DNA of 64,000 nt, from positions 1,050 through 65,049 of the forward strand of contig JAGOKN010000003.1 of the NCBI GenBank assembly GCA_017994575.1, written 5' to 3'. Shown piece after piece: positions 20,182 through 32,341 of this stretch. How positions within the stretch are numbered: position 1 is the stretch's first letter; the number at the start of each line of letters is the position of its first letter. The stretch is from Nitrosomonas sp. Its GTDB lineage: Bacteria > Pseudomonadota > Gammaproteobacteria > Burkholderiales > Nitrosomonadaceae. A model generated the notes under the pieces. It worked only from the letters and a program-made list of their open reading frames with translations, did no database searches and had not been told where the DNA came from. The position numbers and the translations under genes are program-made.

Positions 20182-20250
20182 GCTTGATTAACCCGCCTTG
20201 TCAGAGCTTAACTTTGCTTTCAGGTTGTACAGGTTAATGGCGCCACTTCA

Positions 20251-20544
20251 CTATATTCTTTTTGCGCGTAGTCTTCTAGCATCTTTCGGATTGACAACCA
20301 ATGACCGATAAATTTCGATCCTGTCATGGGGTTGTACGAGCGTATCAGATTGTATAAATTTACTGAAAATACCTATTTTATTTTTTGTTAAATCAATTTC
20401 TGGGAATTGATCCATAATTCTTGAAAGAATGATGGCTTGTTTAGCTGTGCAGCCTGAGGATACTTCTAGTGTCTTTAAAATTTGCACATGAGAAAGTGCG
20501 TAGGCAATCTCGATGGAGAAGGAGTTGTTGTCATGATTTGCCAT
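20251..20544 (-). CDS. rnfH: RnfH/RatB family ubiquitin-like protein
   Basis: IGIFSK...DRIEIYRSLVVNPKDARRLRA; downstream of ratA. Confidence 0.9.
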   Translation of the reverse strand: MANHDNNSFSIEIAYALSHVQILKTLEVSSGCTAKQAIILSRIMDQFPEIDLTKNKIGIFSKFIQSDTLVQPHDRIEIYRSLVVNPKDARRLRAKRI

Positions 20545-20968
20545 AAATGACTTCTGCCCGCTCGATAAAGGATTCTACAAAGCTATTTGCAATCATATAA
20601 AATACCGGTCCCACCAATTTCTCAAGAATTTTATGTGAGAATGTGTAATGCAGTCTAAATTTTATCTTGCATGCCTTGTCTGACAATGGAATAAATTGCC
20701 AGTAACCATCCAGGTGCTCAAATGGTCCGTCCAGCAAGCTCATTTCAATCAGCTCAGGAGGAAAGCGTTTGTTTTTTGTGGTAAAACTATGTTTGATATG
20801 ATGATAATCAATTCTAACGGTTGCATGGGTCGTTATTCCATCTTGAGGGTCGACAGAAGTGCCGCCACACCAAGGAAGAAAATTTGGATATTCCTCAACA
20901 TTATCAACCAACGCAAACATTTGACCGGCTGAATATTCAACTAATACTGATTTTTCTATTTCTGCCAT
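20531..20968 (-). CDS. ratA: RatA/PasT (Coq10-like START domain) protein
   Basis: YSAGQMFALVDNVEEYPNFLPWC and GPFEHLDGYWQF; divergent from smpB. Confidence 0.92.
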   Translation of the reverse strand: MAEIEKSVLVEYSAGQMFALVDNVEEYPNFLPWCGGTSVDPQDGITTHATVRIDYHHIKHSFTTKNKRFPPELIEMSLLDGPFEHLDGYWQFIPLSDKACKIKFRLHYTFSHKILEKLVGPVFYMIANSFVESFIERAEVIYGKS

Positions 20969-21059
20969 AAAAGTAAATCACCCCGCATCAATGAGGTAAT
21001 ACTAAAAAAACTGATAAAATACACGAAAATTTAATGATCTCCACCTATTTCTTTCCATT

Positions 21060-21503
21060 ATGAGTATAGTACAAAATAAAAAAGCCTTTCACGATTATTT
21101 TATCGAGGAAAAGTATGAAACAGGAATGGTACTAGAAGGATGGGAAGTCAAAGCCATTCGTGATGGTCGAGTTCAATTAAAAGAAGCCTATGTTATCATC
21201 CGTAAGGGTGAATTATACCTCATTGGCTGTCATATTAGTCCGCTTAAGACTGCTTCCACACATATTAATCCTGATTCAATCAGAACTCGCAAGCTGTTGC
21301 TGCATGCAGAGCAAATTAAGCGGCTTATCGGTAAAGTTGAACGTGCTGGCTATACCCTAGTTCCATTAGATATGCATTATAAAATAGGCAGAATTAAACT
21401 AGAAATAGGCTTGGCCAAAGGTAAAAAAGAACACGACAAAAGGGAATCTGAGAAACAAAAAGAATGGGAACGCGATAAACAACGTCTGATGCGTACTAAA
21501 TGA
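21060..21503 (+). CDS. smpB: SsrA-binding protein
   Basis: [29 protein letters not shown]. Confidence 0.97.
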   Translation: MSIVQNKKAFHDYFIEEKYETGMVLEGWEVKAIRDGRVQLKEAYVIIRKGELYLIGCHISPLKTASTHINPDSIRTRKLLLHAEQIKRLIGKVERAGYTLVPLDMHYKIGRIKLEIGLAKGKKEHDKRESEKQKEWERDKQRLMRTK

Positions 21504-21560
21504 AATAATATATGGTATCAATGAGTTAATTTTCATCAATAATTTTTTATTTTTATATTT

Positions 21561-22574
21561 ATGCAAAAACCTATTGCGATCTGGTTGTTAATTTGTTGTG
21601 TCATGGTGTTTGCCATGGTGGTGGTCGGTGGTGTGACGAGACTGACTGATTCTGGGTTGTCTATTGTCGAATGGCAACCCATTATGGGCACATTGCCCCC
21701 AGTCACTCAGGGAGATTGGGATGAATTGCTTGAAAAATACCGAGCAACACCCCAATATCAGAAAGTGAATAAAGGCATGAGCTTGGATGAATTCAAAAGT
21801 ATTTTCTGGTGGGAATACTTTCATCGACTGTTAGGCCGACTAATCGGCTTGGTGTTTTTTGTTCCTTTTGTTTATTTCCTGTTGAGAAAGCAGATCGATC
21901 GATCATTAGGGATCAAATTGACAGGCATATTTGTACTGGGTGGACTACAGGGGTTTATGGGCTGGTACATGGTGATGAGCGGATTAGTGAATGATCCTCA
22001 TGTCAGTCAGTATCGATTGACTGCACATCTAGGATTGGCATTTATCATCTTTGCAGCAATGTTTTGGGTGGCTTTGGAATTGTTGTCGCCGAAAAGTGAT
22101 AATCCTGATTCTGGCGAGGCGATGCAAAGTTTGCGTCGATTTGCTATTGGCTTGACTTCATTGATTTTTATTATGATTCTGTCGGGTGGTTTTGTGGCAG
22201 GAATTAGAGCAGGATTGGCCTATAATACCTTTCCACTGATGAATGGGCATTTTATTCCGCCTGAAATCTTTATGCTGGACCCGTGGTATCGTAATTTCTT
22301 TGATAACATGGCAACCGTGCAGTTTGATCATCGGTTAATCGCTTGGACGCTAGCCTTCTTGGTACCTCTCTTTTGGTTCAAATCACGAAAAATTGCTCTA
22401 TCTGGAATGACACGTCTGGCTTGCAATCTTTTCTTGCTGATGCTGGCAATACAGATTAGCTTGGGCATAGCCACTTTATTGCATGCGGTGCCGATTCCTT
22501 TAGCGGCCTCACATCAGGGGGGAGCGTTATTGCTTTTTGCAGCATCCTTATGGGTAACACACCGATTGCGTTGA
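21561..22574 (+). CDS. ctaA: Heme A synthase (COX15/CtaA)
   Basis: [37 protein letters not shown]. Confidence 0.93.
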   Translation: MQKPIAIWLLICCVMVFAMVVVGGVTRLTDSGLSIVEWQPIMGTLPPVTQGDWDELLEKYRATPQYQKVNKGMSLDEFKSIFWWEYFHRLLGRLIGLVFFVPFVYFLLRKQIDRSLGIKLTGIFVLGGLQGFMGWYMVMSGLVNDPHVSQYRLTAHLGLAFIIFAAMFWVALELLSPKSDNPDSGEAMQSLRRFAIGLTSLIFIMILSGGFVAGIRAGLAYNTFPLMNGHFIPPEIFMLDPWYRNFFDNMATVQFDHRLIAWTLAFLVPLFWFKSRKIALSGMTRLACNLFLLMLAIQISLGIATLLHAVPIPLAASHQGGALLLFAASLWVTHRLR

Positions 22575-22643
22575 AATCTGATACCCGAATAACCGATGCA
22601 TGTTTACAGTTATTTGGGTGTAGTTTTCAGGTGATTTGATCAA

Positions 22644-24056
22644 TCAGGAATTGTTTAATCCCAGCCTTTCCATTCGGTAGCGTAGCGATCTGACAGTGAT
22701 GCCCAATATTTTGGCTGCTTTGGTGCGATTGTACCGAGTCTGATCCAATGCCTTTACAATCGAATCTTTTTCAAGTCTATCAAGAAAATCTTGCAGCGGC
22801 AGACCTTGATCAGATTCTGAGGATGTGGCATGGTCTATATCCTTTCTGAATTCCTGCTGAGGTAACTGCAATTCTTCTTTGCCAATTTGTACGTCTGAGC
22901 AAAGCGCAAGAGTTCGTTCAAGTATGTTCTCAAGCTCACGCACATTGCCAGGATAATCGTAGCTTGTCAGCATCGCCAGCGCATCTTTCTTAAGTCTGCA
23001 ATTCGAGCGGTTGGTTTCACGGCATAATTTTGTTAATATTGTTTCTGCTATGAGAGGAATATCCTCGCGCATTTCACGCAGTGAAGGCATATTTAGTTCG
23101 ATGACATTTAGGCGGTAATAAAGATCTTGCCTAAATTGCCCGGTTTCGACGCAGTGATTCAGTTTTTTATGAGTCGCACTAATGATGCGTACATCGATAT
23201 TTTGTTCTCGTGCCTCACCAATTCTTCTAACTTGCTTTTCTTGGATGACTCTAAGTAACTTCACCTGCATGGGTAAGGGTAGGTCAGCTACTTCATCTAG
23301 AAATAATGTTCCGCCATCAGCGATCAAGAAAAAACCATCATGATCTTTATCCGCGCCCGTAAAAGCCCCTTTTTTATAGCCAAAGAATTCGCTTTCCATT
23401 AAATTCTCAGGAATCGCGCCACAATTGACAGCTACGAAAGCTTGTTTATGCCGAGCACTTCTTTCGTGAATCATTCTCGCCGCCAATTCTTTGCCACTTC
23501 CTGATTCGCCATTGATGTAAACAGAAGCTTGGCTCCTGGAAAGCTTGTCAATGGTGGCGCGTAATTGGCGCATGGGTTGAGAGTTTCCCAATAAGATTCG
23601 TTGATTCTGCTCTGTTTGTGATGCAGATTCGGCTTCTGTTTTTATGGGTGGCAGACTTAAAGCGGATTTAACTAAATCCCGCAATTGTTTTAATGAAACA
23701 GGTTTCGATAAGTAATCAAACGCTCCGGCTTTAAGCGCTGCTACTGCATTCTCTGTAGAACTATATGCGGTGATCACTGCAACGGGTAGATCTGAGCAGT
23801 GTTGTGCTATATGTTTAACCAAATCCAGGCCCTCACCATCCGGTAAGCGCATATCGGTTAGGCATAACTGAAATGATCGCGTTTGTAGTAATTTCTTTGC
23901 ATCCTCAATGCGTATTGCACTGGAAACCTCCATTCCCATTCGTGCCAAAGTGAGTTCGAGTAACTCAATAATATGAGGCTCATCATCCACGATTAGTATG
24001 TGGGGTGAATTTGTTTCCTTGCGCGAGTGAATCACTCGCCCCTTGTCTATAGGCAT
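22644..24056 (-). CDS. pilR: Sigma54-dependent response regulator PilR
   Basis: Receiver domain, GESGSGKE, GAFTGA, Fis-type HTH; paired with a PilS-like kinase. Confidence 0.88.
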   Translation of the reverse strand: MPIDKGRVIHSRKETNSPHILIVDDEPHIIELLELTLARMGMEVSSAIRIEDAKKLLQTRSFQLCLTDMRLPDGEGLDLVKHIAQHCSDLPVAVITAYSSTENAVAALKAGAFDYLSKPVSLKQLRDLVKSALSLPPIKTEAESASQTEQNQRILLGNSQPMRQLRATIDKLSRSQASVYINGESGSGKELAARMIHERSARHKQAFVAVNCGAIPENLMESEFFGYKKGAFTGADKDHDGFFLIADGGTLFLDEVADLPLPMQVKLLRVIQEKQVRRIGEAREQNIDVRIISATHKKLNHCVETGQFRQDLYYRLNVIELNMPSLREMREDIPLIAETILTKLCRETNRSNCRLKKDALAMLTSYDYPGNVRELENILERTLALCSDVQIGKEELQLPQQEFRKDIDHATSSESDQGLPLQDFLDRLEKDSIVKALDQTRYNRTKAAKILGITVRSLRYRMERLGLNNS

Positions 24057-25693
24057 GGCTGATTGCTTTTTGCGATTATTCTGAAATGACCGCCATTTAA
24101 ATCTTTAAGACACTCAAGTGATGCGTGATTGGCTTCGCATATCTCGCGTGCAGTATACAAACCTAAACCAGTGCCGCTTGCAACTGTCGTATAGAAAGGC
24201 TCAAAGATTTGTTTGAATTGATGTGGATCAATTCCGGGACCATCATCGATAATATCTAGTTGTACATTATTTTTATTGAGGTTTGCAACCAGTTTAATAT
24301 GAATGCTTCCTGCTTGTTTGCGACAGTGTCTCCATGCATTTCTACATAGATTCCATAGCACTTGGTTTAAATGATCGCGATCGAAATTAATCAAGTACTT
24401 TTCTGAAGAATTGAGTATAAATGTGTTCATGGTGATATTTTCGGTATGACAAAATTCTTCAAGAAATTGTTGTATAAAATCATGGATATCAATCGTGTCT
24501 GGGTTTGAAATATTGCGTCGGTTAAGTTGTAAAATATCTTGTACAATTTTATTTAAACGTTGAGTATTGTCACAAATAATGCGTACTAACCGAGAATTAC
24601 CACAATTTGTGGCGTATTCTTCTTCTAAAAGTTCGGCTGCATGATTGATAGCGGAGAGAGGGTTGCGAATCTCATGTGCTATTCCGGCTGTCAGGCGACC
24701 TAATGCAGCGAGTTTGAGTTGCTGTAGCTGAGCCTGTATATGATCCATATCTTCGAGAAAGATAACGACTCCATCGCGAGAATCTGAATGTATCGGCACA
24801 AAACGCGTGCGAATTAATGCATTACTGGGGTGAAGTCGCAATAGATCGAAAGTAATGTCGTGGTTTCCTTCCCAGCAGGCAAGTCTGTTGGCTATTTCTG
24901 GTGCAGAATCAGATAGCTTGGGTAATTCTGTGTTATTGACTTGCGTGCGTAAGCTAAGCAGCTTTTCGGCATAAGCATTTTGTTGCCGAATGTTTCCTTG
25001 CTTGTCAATAACCAGTACACCTTCTTGTAAATCTTGAATGACTAATTGATTGACCTGTGCCATATTCGCAAGATCAACACTACGTTCTTGTGCAAGCTGC
25101 TCGCTAATCCAAGCATGTTTGGACAGTTGATGCGCCAACCAAGCAACAGTCAGGTATGCCATGCTCAATAACGCGGCCTGTGAATACTGAATAGAATAGG
25201 CGTTTACTGTGAGTAGTGAGTAAATTTCCTGTAACAACAGGCTTATGATTGCAATCGACGCAAAAAGAAATGCCATGCGACCACGACTGATTAGTCCTGC
25301 CCCAGCCAGTGATACCAACAGTAAAATTCCTAAGCCGCTTTGTAATCCTCCACTGGCATAGAGCATGACAGAGAAAAAAATAATGTCACCGATGACTTGT
25401 ATGATTAATTGCCAATTGAAACTGAAGTAGCGGAATTTAGTAAGCAGTAGGGACAGACAGCTGAAAAAAGCGTGACCTAAACCCGTATAAAGGAAGAGAG
25501 TGTAGTGATGTGAACCAAAATTACTGAACTGGAATTTCCAAGTAATCATGACCAGACTAACACTAATTATTAAGCGATAGATATTGAAATAATAGAGAGA
25601 ATGCCAGTACTGTTCGTGATAGTTGTTCGCATTGACTTCAGAATTGACTGAAAAAGATGCTGGATATTTTGCTGGTAATAAACGGATAGACAC
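24047..25693 (-). CDS. pilS: Sensor histidine kinase PilS
   Basis: Multi-TM N-terminus (YFNIYRL, ASGGLQSGLG), AHEIRNPL H-box, DDGPG, GTGLGL. Confidence 0.88.
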   Translation of the reverse strand: MSIRLLPAKYPASFSVNSEVNANNYHEQYWHSLYYFNIYRLIISVSLVMITWKFQFSNFGSHHYTLFLYTGLGHAFFSCLSLLLTKFRYFSFNWQLIIQVIGDIIFFSVMLYASGGLQSGLGILLLVSLAGAGLISRGRMAFLFASIAIISLLLQEIYSLLTVNAYSIQYSQAALLSMAYLTVAWLAHQLSKHAWISEQLAQERSVDLANMAQVNQLVIQDLQEGVLVIDKQGNIRQQNAYAEKLLSLRTQVNNTELPKLSDSAPEIANRLACWEGNHDITFDLLRLHPSNALIRTRFVPIHSDSRDGVVIFLEDMDHIQAQLQQLKLAALGRLTAGIAHEIRNPLSAINHAAELLEEEYATNCGNSRLVRIICDNTQRLNKIVQDILQLNRRNISNPDTIDIHDFIQQFLEEFCHTENITMNTFILNSSEKYLINFDRDHLNQVLWNLCRNAWRHCRKQAGSIHIKLVANLNKNNVQLDIIDDGPGIDPHQFKQIFEPFYTTVASGTGLGLYTAREICEANHASLECLKDLNGGHFRIIAKSNQPCL

Positions 25694-25708
25694 GGAAGTT
25701 CATTAAAA

Positions 25709-25933
25709 TTAAGAATTGGTATATAGATTAAGATGCTCTTGACAGCAGAAAAATTGATTATTATGGTTGTTGATCGCGTCGCTTTCAGGAAGATGGGCGT
25801 CACAATAAGTACAACTCACCATGTTCTCAATGGATTCTGGGAATTTCTCTGTTTCCTTATGTTTGTGAGACCGCTTTTTGATCACCCAGTAAATTAGAGC
25901 GACGATAGCTATGTAAAAAATGAATTTACCCAT
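25709..25933 (-). CDS. PP0621-family small membrane protein
   Basis: N-terminal TM, ENMVSCTYCDAHLP...FCCQEH; usual position upstream of pilS. Confidence 0.8.
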   Translation of the reverse strand: MGKFIFYIAIVALIYWVIKKRSHKHKETEKFPESIENMVSCTYCDAHLPESDAINNHNNQFFCCQEHLNLYTNS

Positions 25934-26313
25934 ATCAAATGCTTCTTATATAAAATTAATTTGATCTATTTATCGATGTAGTCACTGTTTGCACTATTGC
26001 AAGTGATGATTACATTCTGATCTGGGCTGAATTTGCCATAGCTATTATTAAAGCATAGAAATTTCTGGTTTTGGTAAATTGTGAATTAGTCGTGTTTTTT
26101 GTACTTATTTGTAAAAGACGAAGATAGTGGTCTAAAGTGGTAGAGCAATTTCAATTGGTTAGAGGAAATGATTGTAAGAATTTTTTTGGAAAACTTGTCA
26201 TGCTGCCAATAAAAAAATATTTACAAAGAGGACTCTGTTCTCATGAAAGAAAGATTATCTAATGTGTATTAAGGCAATTTGTATATTGATAACGATCCTG
26301 CTGTTTTTATTTT

Positions 26314-27282
26314 CTAATGATTGCGTGTCACGGAAAATTTTGCTAATTGAAGTAAACATTCTTTATTTTCTGAGTCTGGTAAAAAAGCAATGGCAGTGAT
26401 AGCGGTAGCAATCTCAGCTTCTGCACATTGCTTGGCATAATCTAAAGCAGCTGTTTCCTGAATGACACTTAAAACAGGCTGAAAGCCATCTTTTCCACTA
26501 TCTTCGATAGCCTTGCGGATTATGTTCGCTTGTTCATGTGTGCCTATTCTCATGGCATAAATTAAAGGTAATGTCGGTTTTCCTTCTGCAAGATCGTCAC
26601 CTAAATTCTTGCCAGTATCCAAATTATTTCCTGAATAATCTAGCATATCGTCGATGAGTTGAAATGCTGTGCCTAGATGCATGCCATAAATAGCCATGGC
26701 TTCTTCTTCTTCCGGTGTTGCATTGCCCAGAATTGCCCCTAATCGACTGGCTGCTTCAAATAGCTTGGCCGTTTTATAGCGAATTACCCGCAAATAATTT
26801 TCTTCCGTTACATAGGGATCACGGCAATTTAATAGTTGTAAAACCTCACCTTCAGCGATTGTATTGGTGGCATCGGCCAATACTTGCATGACGCGCATAT
26901 TGTTGACTTCGACCATCATTTGGAAAGCTCTGGAGTAAAGAAAATCACCAACCAATACGCTAGCTGCGTTACCAAACAATGCATTAGCGGTTTCTTTGTT
27001 CCGTCGCAATTCGGATTCATCCACCACATCGTCATGAAGTAAGGTGGCCGTATGAATAAATTCGACAACTGCTGCGAGGTTGTAATGAAATTTCCCGGAG
27101 TAGCCAAAAGCCCCTGCAGCTAGGATTACCAACGCAGGTCGTAAACGTTTTCCTCCACTATTGATAATATATTCACTAACTTGGCGAATCAGTAGTACAT
27201 GGGAATGCAACTTCTCACGAATGACATCATCGACGATGCTCATGTCTTGAGAGATAAAGCTTCTAATATATTCGATTGACAC
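26314..27282 (-). CDS. ispB: Octaprenyl diphosphate synthase
   Basis: GGKRLRP, LHDDVVD, FQLIDDMLD; divergent from rplU. Confidence 0.95.
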   Translation of the reverse strand: MSIEYIRSFISQDMSIVDDVIREKLHSHVLLIRQVSEYIINSGGKRLRPALVILAAGAFGYSGKFHYNLAAVVEFIHTATLLHDDVVDESELRRNKETANALFGNAASVLVGDFLYSRAFQMMVEVNNMRVMQVLADATNTIAEGEVLQLLNCRDPYVTEENYLRVIRYKTAKLFEAASRLGAILGNATPEEEEAMAIYGMHLGTAFQLIDDMLDYSGNNLDTGKNLGDDLAEGKPTLPLIYAMRIGTHEQANIIRKAIEDSGKDGFQPVLSVIQETAALDYAKQCAEAEIATAITAIAFLPDSENKECLLQLAKFSVTRNH

Positions 27283-27438
27283 AATGTTACCTTATAGAAA
27301 ACGCTATGTTAGGAATGACGGTACCTAAGTGTCAAGCACAATGATAAATTGTTCACAATGATATAAATTTTCTACCACAATTAGAAGTTATCTATGTATA
27401 ATCCTCGGTTCTGTAAAAGGGAAGTATGGAGTCAAAAT

Positions 27439-27750
27439 ATGTATGCGGTCATAAAAACCGGTGGTAAGCAGTATCGAATTAAAGTGGGTGAAAGACTGAA
27501 GGTGGAGCAACTCGAGGTTGACAGCGGAAGCGAGTTGATCATTGATCAGGTATTGATGGTTGCGGATGGTGATAAAGTTTCGATGGGAACGCCGCTCGTT
27601 AATGGTGCTAAAGTGAGTGCAACGGTACTGAGTCAGGGGCGCCATGACAAGATTCGCATTTTTAAGATGCGTCGTCGTAAGCATTATCAAAAGCATCAAG
27701 GTCATCGGCAGAACTATACTGAAATACAGATTACTGGTATTTCAGCTTAA
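27439..27750 (+). CDS. rplU: 50S ribosomal protein L21
   Basis: [12 protein letters not shown]...GHRQNYT; true start at 27439 after a GGAG RBS. Confidence 0.97.
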   Translation: MYAVIKTGGKQYRIKVGERLKVEQLEVDSGSELIIDQVLMVADGDKVSMGTPLVNGAKVSATVLSQGRHDKIRIFKMRRRKHYQKHQGHRQNYTEIQITGISA

Positions 27751-27759
27751 GGAGTATAA

Positions 27760-28017
27760 ATGGCACATAAAAAAGCAGGCGGAAGCTCCAGAAACGGACG
27801 TGATTCACATTCCAAAAGATTGGGGGTGAAGCGTTATGGAGGGGAATTAATTTCAGCTGGATCAATTATTGTCAGACAGCGCGGTACGCAGGTACATCCT
27901 GGAGCAAATGTAGGTATTGGTAAAGACCATACTTTGTTTGCCAAAATTGCAGGAAAAGTAAATTTTAGTATTAAGGGTGCACTAAAGCGTAAAGTGGCAA
28001 GTGTAGTGCCGGTATAA
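27760..28017 (+). CDS. rpmA: 50S ribosomal protein L27
   Basis: [16 protein letters not shown]. Confidence 0.98.
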   Translation: MAHKKAGGSSRNGRDSHSKRLGVKRYGGELISAGSIIVRQRGTQVHPGANVGIGKDHTLFAKIAGKVNFSIKGALKRKVASVVPV

Positions 28018-28042
28018 CAATACAGAATTTCAAATTGTATTT

Positions 28043-28075
28043 AAAAAGCCCTGTCTAAAATGATGGGGCTTTTTT
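28043..28075 (+). terminator. Intrinsic terminator after rpmA
   Basis: AAAAAGCCCTGTC...GATGGGGCTTTTTT hairpin with T-tract. Confidence 0.75.
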
Positions 28076-28113
28076 GTTTGTAGGGCCATATAAAAATTGC
28101 AGGGAATTGGTAA

Positions 28114-29181
<1,068 letters not shown>

Positions 29182-29184
29182 TTC

Positions 29185-30294
29185 ATGTTAAAGCAAGCAC
29201 GACGTATTGTCATCAAAGTGGGCAGCAGTCTGGTGACCAACCAAGGCAAAGGACTTGACCATGCGGCATTGGCCTGTTGGGCGGCACAAATTTCAAGCCT
29301 CAAGCAAATGGGTAAGGAAATCATTTTGGTTTCTTCGGGTGCGATTGCCGAAGGCATGCAACGTTTAAACTGGGAAAGTCGACCGACCGCGCTGTATGAA
29401 CTGCAAGCCGCGGCAGCGGTGGGACAAATGGGCTTGGCGCAAGCCTACGCTTCCAGTTTTTCTCAGTATGACCTGCAAACTGCTCAGGTGCTGTTGACCC
29501 ATGAGGATTTGTCCAATCGCAAGCGCTACCTCAATGCGCGCTCAACACTGACGACCTTGCTAAAACTCAACGTCATTCCAATCATTAACGAGAATGATAC
29601 CGTGGCGACTGACGAAATTCGTTTTGGTGACAATGATACCTTAGCAGCTTTAGTCACTAATCTGGTTGAAGCCGATGCCTTGGTTATTCTGACCGACCAG
29701 GCTGGTTTATTCACCAGTGATCCGCGCAAGGACCAGGACGCAAAACTATTGAGCGAAGTCATCGCGGGAGATCCCGAGCTTGAGAAAATGGCGGGTGGCG
29801 TTGGCAGCAGCATCAGTCGCGGTGGCATGCAAACAAAAGTCATTGCGGCAAAACGGGCGGCGCGTAGCGGCGCAGACACGATCGTTGCTTCTGGTCATGA
29901 AGATAATGTATTAGTACGATTGAGTCAAAATGAAGCGATCGGTACGCGTTTCTTGGCCAAATTGCCGGTTCTAGCCGCGCGTAAGCAGTGGCTGGCCGAT
30001 TATTTGCAGGTGCGTGGCTATGTCACGCTCGATCAAGGAGCCGTAAAGGCACTATTGACGGATGGAAAAAGTTTGCTGCCTATCGGTGTTGTCAGTGTTC
30101 ACGGGGAATTCGAGCGGGGTGAGACAGTATCTTGCCTTGATGAGGAAGGCAGGGAGATTGCCCGAGGTCTGATTAATTACAGTGCAGTGGAAACGCAGAA
30201 GATTCTCAAACAGGCCAGCAGCGAAATTGAAGCGATACTGGGTTATGTGGACGAGCCGGAATTGATTCATCGAAATAATCTGGTGCTGCTCTAG
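29185..30294 (+). CDS. proB: Glutamate 5-kinase
   Basis: VIKVGSS, NENDTV, FGDNDTL, C-terminal PUA domain. Confidence 0.97.
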   Translation: MLKQARRIVIKVGSSLVTNQGKGLDHAALACWAAQISSLKQMGKEIILVSSGAIAEGMQRLNWESRPTALYELQAAAAVGQMGLAQAYASSFSQYDLQTAQVLLTHEDLSNRKRYLNARSTLTTLLKLNVIPIINENDTVATDEIRFGDNDTLAALVTNLVEADALVILTDQAGLFTSDPRKDQDAKLLSEVIAGDPELEKMAGGVGSSISRGGMQTKVIAAKRAARSGADTIVASGHEDNVLVRLSQNEAIGTRFLAKLPVLAARKQWLADYLQVRGYVTLDQGAVKALLTDGKSLLPIGVVSVHGEFERGETVSCLDEEGREIARGLINYSAVETQKILKQASSEIEAILGYVDEPELIHRNNLVLL

Positions 30295-30323
30295 CGATGG
30301 TTTGAGTTTAGGCGGAAGTACCC

Positions 30324-31439
30324 GTGACTATCCAGTTTGATAACCACACACAACGCATCGCAGCCATCGATTGGTTGCGCGGGCTAGTCATGGTTCTGAT
30401 GGCGCTTGATCATACCTCATGGTTTTTCAATACTCACCGGATTTTCGCGGATTCAGTGTTGCTGCATGAAACCGGTAATCCGTTGGCCACCGAACAATTC
30501 CTCACTCGCTGGATGACGCATATCTGTGCACCGATTTTTGTTTTCCTGGCAGGAACAGCCATTGCTGTCAGTCAGATTCAGCGTCGACAGCAGGGTATGC
30601 TACAAGCGGTGATTGATCGCGAATTGCTGATTCGTGGTGCTTTCATTGCCATGCTGGATCTCTGCGTGTTTTCAATGGCTTCTGGAAAAATACAAATGCA
30701 AGTCCTGTATGCTATTGGGATTAGTATGATGCTTATGGTGCCTTTGCAACGTCTGAATCCGCGTTTGGTTTTTTTGCTGGCAATTGTGATTCTGGCGGGC
30801 AGTGAATTATTGCTGATGACTTGGTGGGAGCCGGGCGGTGAAGTGTCGCTCTGGCTGGCGCTCACCTTTGCGCCGGTGTTTGGTAAAACCTACTCTGTGC
30901 TGTATCCCGCACTACCCTGGCTAGCGATCATGATGTTGGGATGGGTGTTCGGCGAACGGATAATGGCTAACCAATCTGGCTCGAGGTCAGTAGAACGATT
31001 ACTCATGGTTTGCGGTTTGTCGGCACTGGTCTTGTTTGTGTTGATTCGCGGCTTGAATGGCTATGGCAATATGTTCATGTTTCTTGAAGGCAATACTTTG
31101 GTGCAGTGGCTGCATGTGAGCAAATATCCGCCGAGTTTAGCCTACACCTTGTTGGAATTGGGGCTGATGGCGATTGTTTTTGCACTTTTGATACGTCTGG
31201 AAACCATACGGGGCATTGTCAGTCACAACGGGCCGGTCTTGGTATTTGGACAAACTGCGCTGTTTTTTTACCTTGCGCATTTTTGTGTGTTGTTGCTGCT
31301 GCGTTTCGTGCTGGAGCGCGGTGATCTTGCACAGACCTATTGGATTACCTTGTTGGTGCTGATCATTCTGTATCCGATTTGTCGTATTTACCGTGCTTTG
31401 AAATGGCGTTATCCGCACAGCTTATTGCGTTTTCTGTGA
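30324..31439 (+). CDS. DUF1624/HGSNAT-like membrane acyltransferase
   Basis: RIAAIDWLRGLVMVLMALDH, RWMTHICAP, KYPPSL. Confidence 0.82.
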   Translation: MTIQFDNHTQRIAAIDWLRGLVMVLMALDHTSWFFNTHRIFADSVLLHETGNPLATEQFLTRWMTHICAPIFVFLAGTAIAVSQIQRRQQGMLQAVIDRELLIRGAFIAMLDLCVFSMASGKIQMQVLYAIGISMMLMVPLQRLNPRLVFLLAIVILAGSELLLMTWWEPGGEVSLWLALTFAPVFGKTYSVLYPALPWLAIMMLGWVFGERIMANQSGSRSVERLLMVCGLSALVLFVLIRGLNGYGNMFMFLEGNTLVQWLHVSKYPPSLAYTLLELGLMAIVFALLIRLETIRGIVSHNGPVLVFGQTALFFYLAHFCVLLLLRFVLERGDLAQTYWITLLVLIILYPICRIYRALKWRYPHSLLRFL

Positions 31440-31478
31440 AATAAGCATCAATACGACATTCTGTCGGATCTTCGCTTC

Positions 31479-31495
31479 ATTCAGTTTTTGTTCAT
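31479..31495 (+). promoter_or_regulatory. Putative PhoP/OmpR-type direct-repeat box
   Basis: ATTCAG-N5-GTTCAT (11-bp period) about 65 bp upstream of the first gene of the two-component cluster. Confidence 0.45.
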
Positions 31496-31561
31496 GTTGC
31501 CTGGCGTAAATTGGCACTATCAGGAATCAACCTGGACTGATTAACTGAAAGGAGTTATGCA

Positions 31562-31888
31562 ATGAAACCTAAAGAAAACAAACTGGCCAGCCTTTTACTG
31601 ACAGCAGCATTAGGACTGACTTTGACAGTTCCGACTTCGGCGCAGGCAGGCGGAGGCCATCATCGTCATGGCCATCATCACGGTCATCACCATCATCATA
31701 GACACTCGCATCAACCGCATATGGGGGGGTACAACATTATTTATAACCAGCCGCGGGCTTATTACAATCAAGCCTATTATCCGCAACCGAGCTATAACTA
31801 CTACCCGCCAGCACCGGTTTATGCTTATCCTCCCAGCGTGATGCTGGGCATCGATACCGGTAATGCGAGCTTTATGTTACGCTACTGA
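31562..31888 (+). CDS. Exported His-rich, Tyr/Pro-rich small protein
   Basis: AGGAG RBS, signal peptide ending AQA, GGGHHRHGHHHGHHHHHRHSH tract. Confidence 0.8.
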   Translation: MKPKENKLASLLLTAALGLTLTVPTSAQAGGGHHRHGHHHGHHHHHRHSHQPHMGGYNIIYNQPRAYYNQAYYPQPSYNYYPPAPVYAYPPSVMLGIDTGNASFMLRY

Positions 31889-31972
31889 GACTAGCAACAG
31901 GTAATCTCAAAGTATTATGTATTTACCGATTGCCTGCTTGATTTCTACTCCCATTGAGCAGGGCTAATTATC

Positions 31973-32269
31973 ATGAATAGATTGCGAGTCACTTTAGCGC
32001 TTGTGATGATCATAACGAGTTCAGTCACTCAAGTAATGGCTGCTGCGCAGAGTAACGCTACAAATGATGCCCGTACGGACAGAAACTCAACGTCCGGCAT
32101 TATTACAGAACAGAAAGCGATTATGATTGCGCAACAGCATTTTAAGGGCCGCGTGCTAGCCATTACTCATCCTGATAATGTCTATCGCATCAAAATACTC
32201 AGTGAGCAAGGCACGATTCACATTGTGCTCATCAATGCAACCGATGGAATTGTGATATCTGCCCATTGA
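31973..32269 (+). CDS. PepSY-domain exported protein
   Basis: ITEQKAIMIAQQHFKGRVL...YRIKILSEQG...INATDG. Confidence 0.8.
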   Translation: MNRLRVTLALVMIITSSVTQVMAAAQSNATNDARTDRNSTSGIITEQKAIMIAQQHFKGRVLAITHPDNVYRIKILSEQGTIHIVLINATDGIVISAH

Positions 32270-32341
32270 GATAATGCCGACCAAACTACGCCAATTGAAT
32301 AGACCTCTCATCCAGTTCAACTCAATTCTCGAGAATATTAA

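Larger units (their letters stand above)
18987..20250 (+). mobile_element. IS3-family insertion sequence (~1264 bp)
   Basis: TG...CA ends TGAAGTGGCCCCCAAAAACTGTACAA / TTGTACAGGTTAATGGCGCCACTTCA enclosing orfA and orfB. Confidence 0.93.

Noticed and set aside
20251-20968. ratA-rnfH as a toxin-antitoxin or defence system
   Set aside because: Conserved housekeeping pair beside smpB; RatA/PasT is a Coq10-like respiratory factor.
21504-21560. tmRNA (ssrA) expected beside smpB
   Set aside because: Only 57 bp separate smpB and ctaA, and no tmRNA-like sequence was seen in the window.
27394-27438. N-terminal extensions given by the ORF track for rplU, and for ORFs starting at 34805 and 53989
   Set aside because: Downstream ATGs (27439, 34679, 53917) match family starts or RBS positions better.
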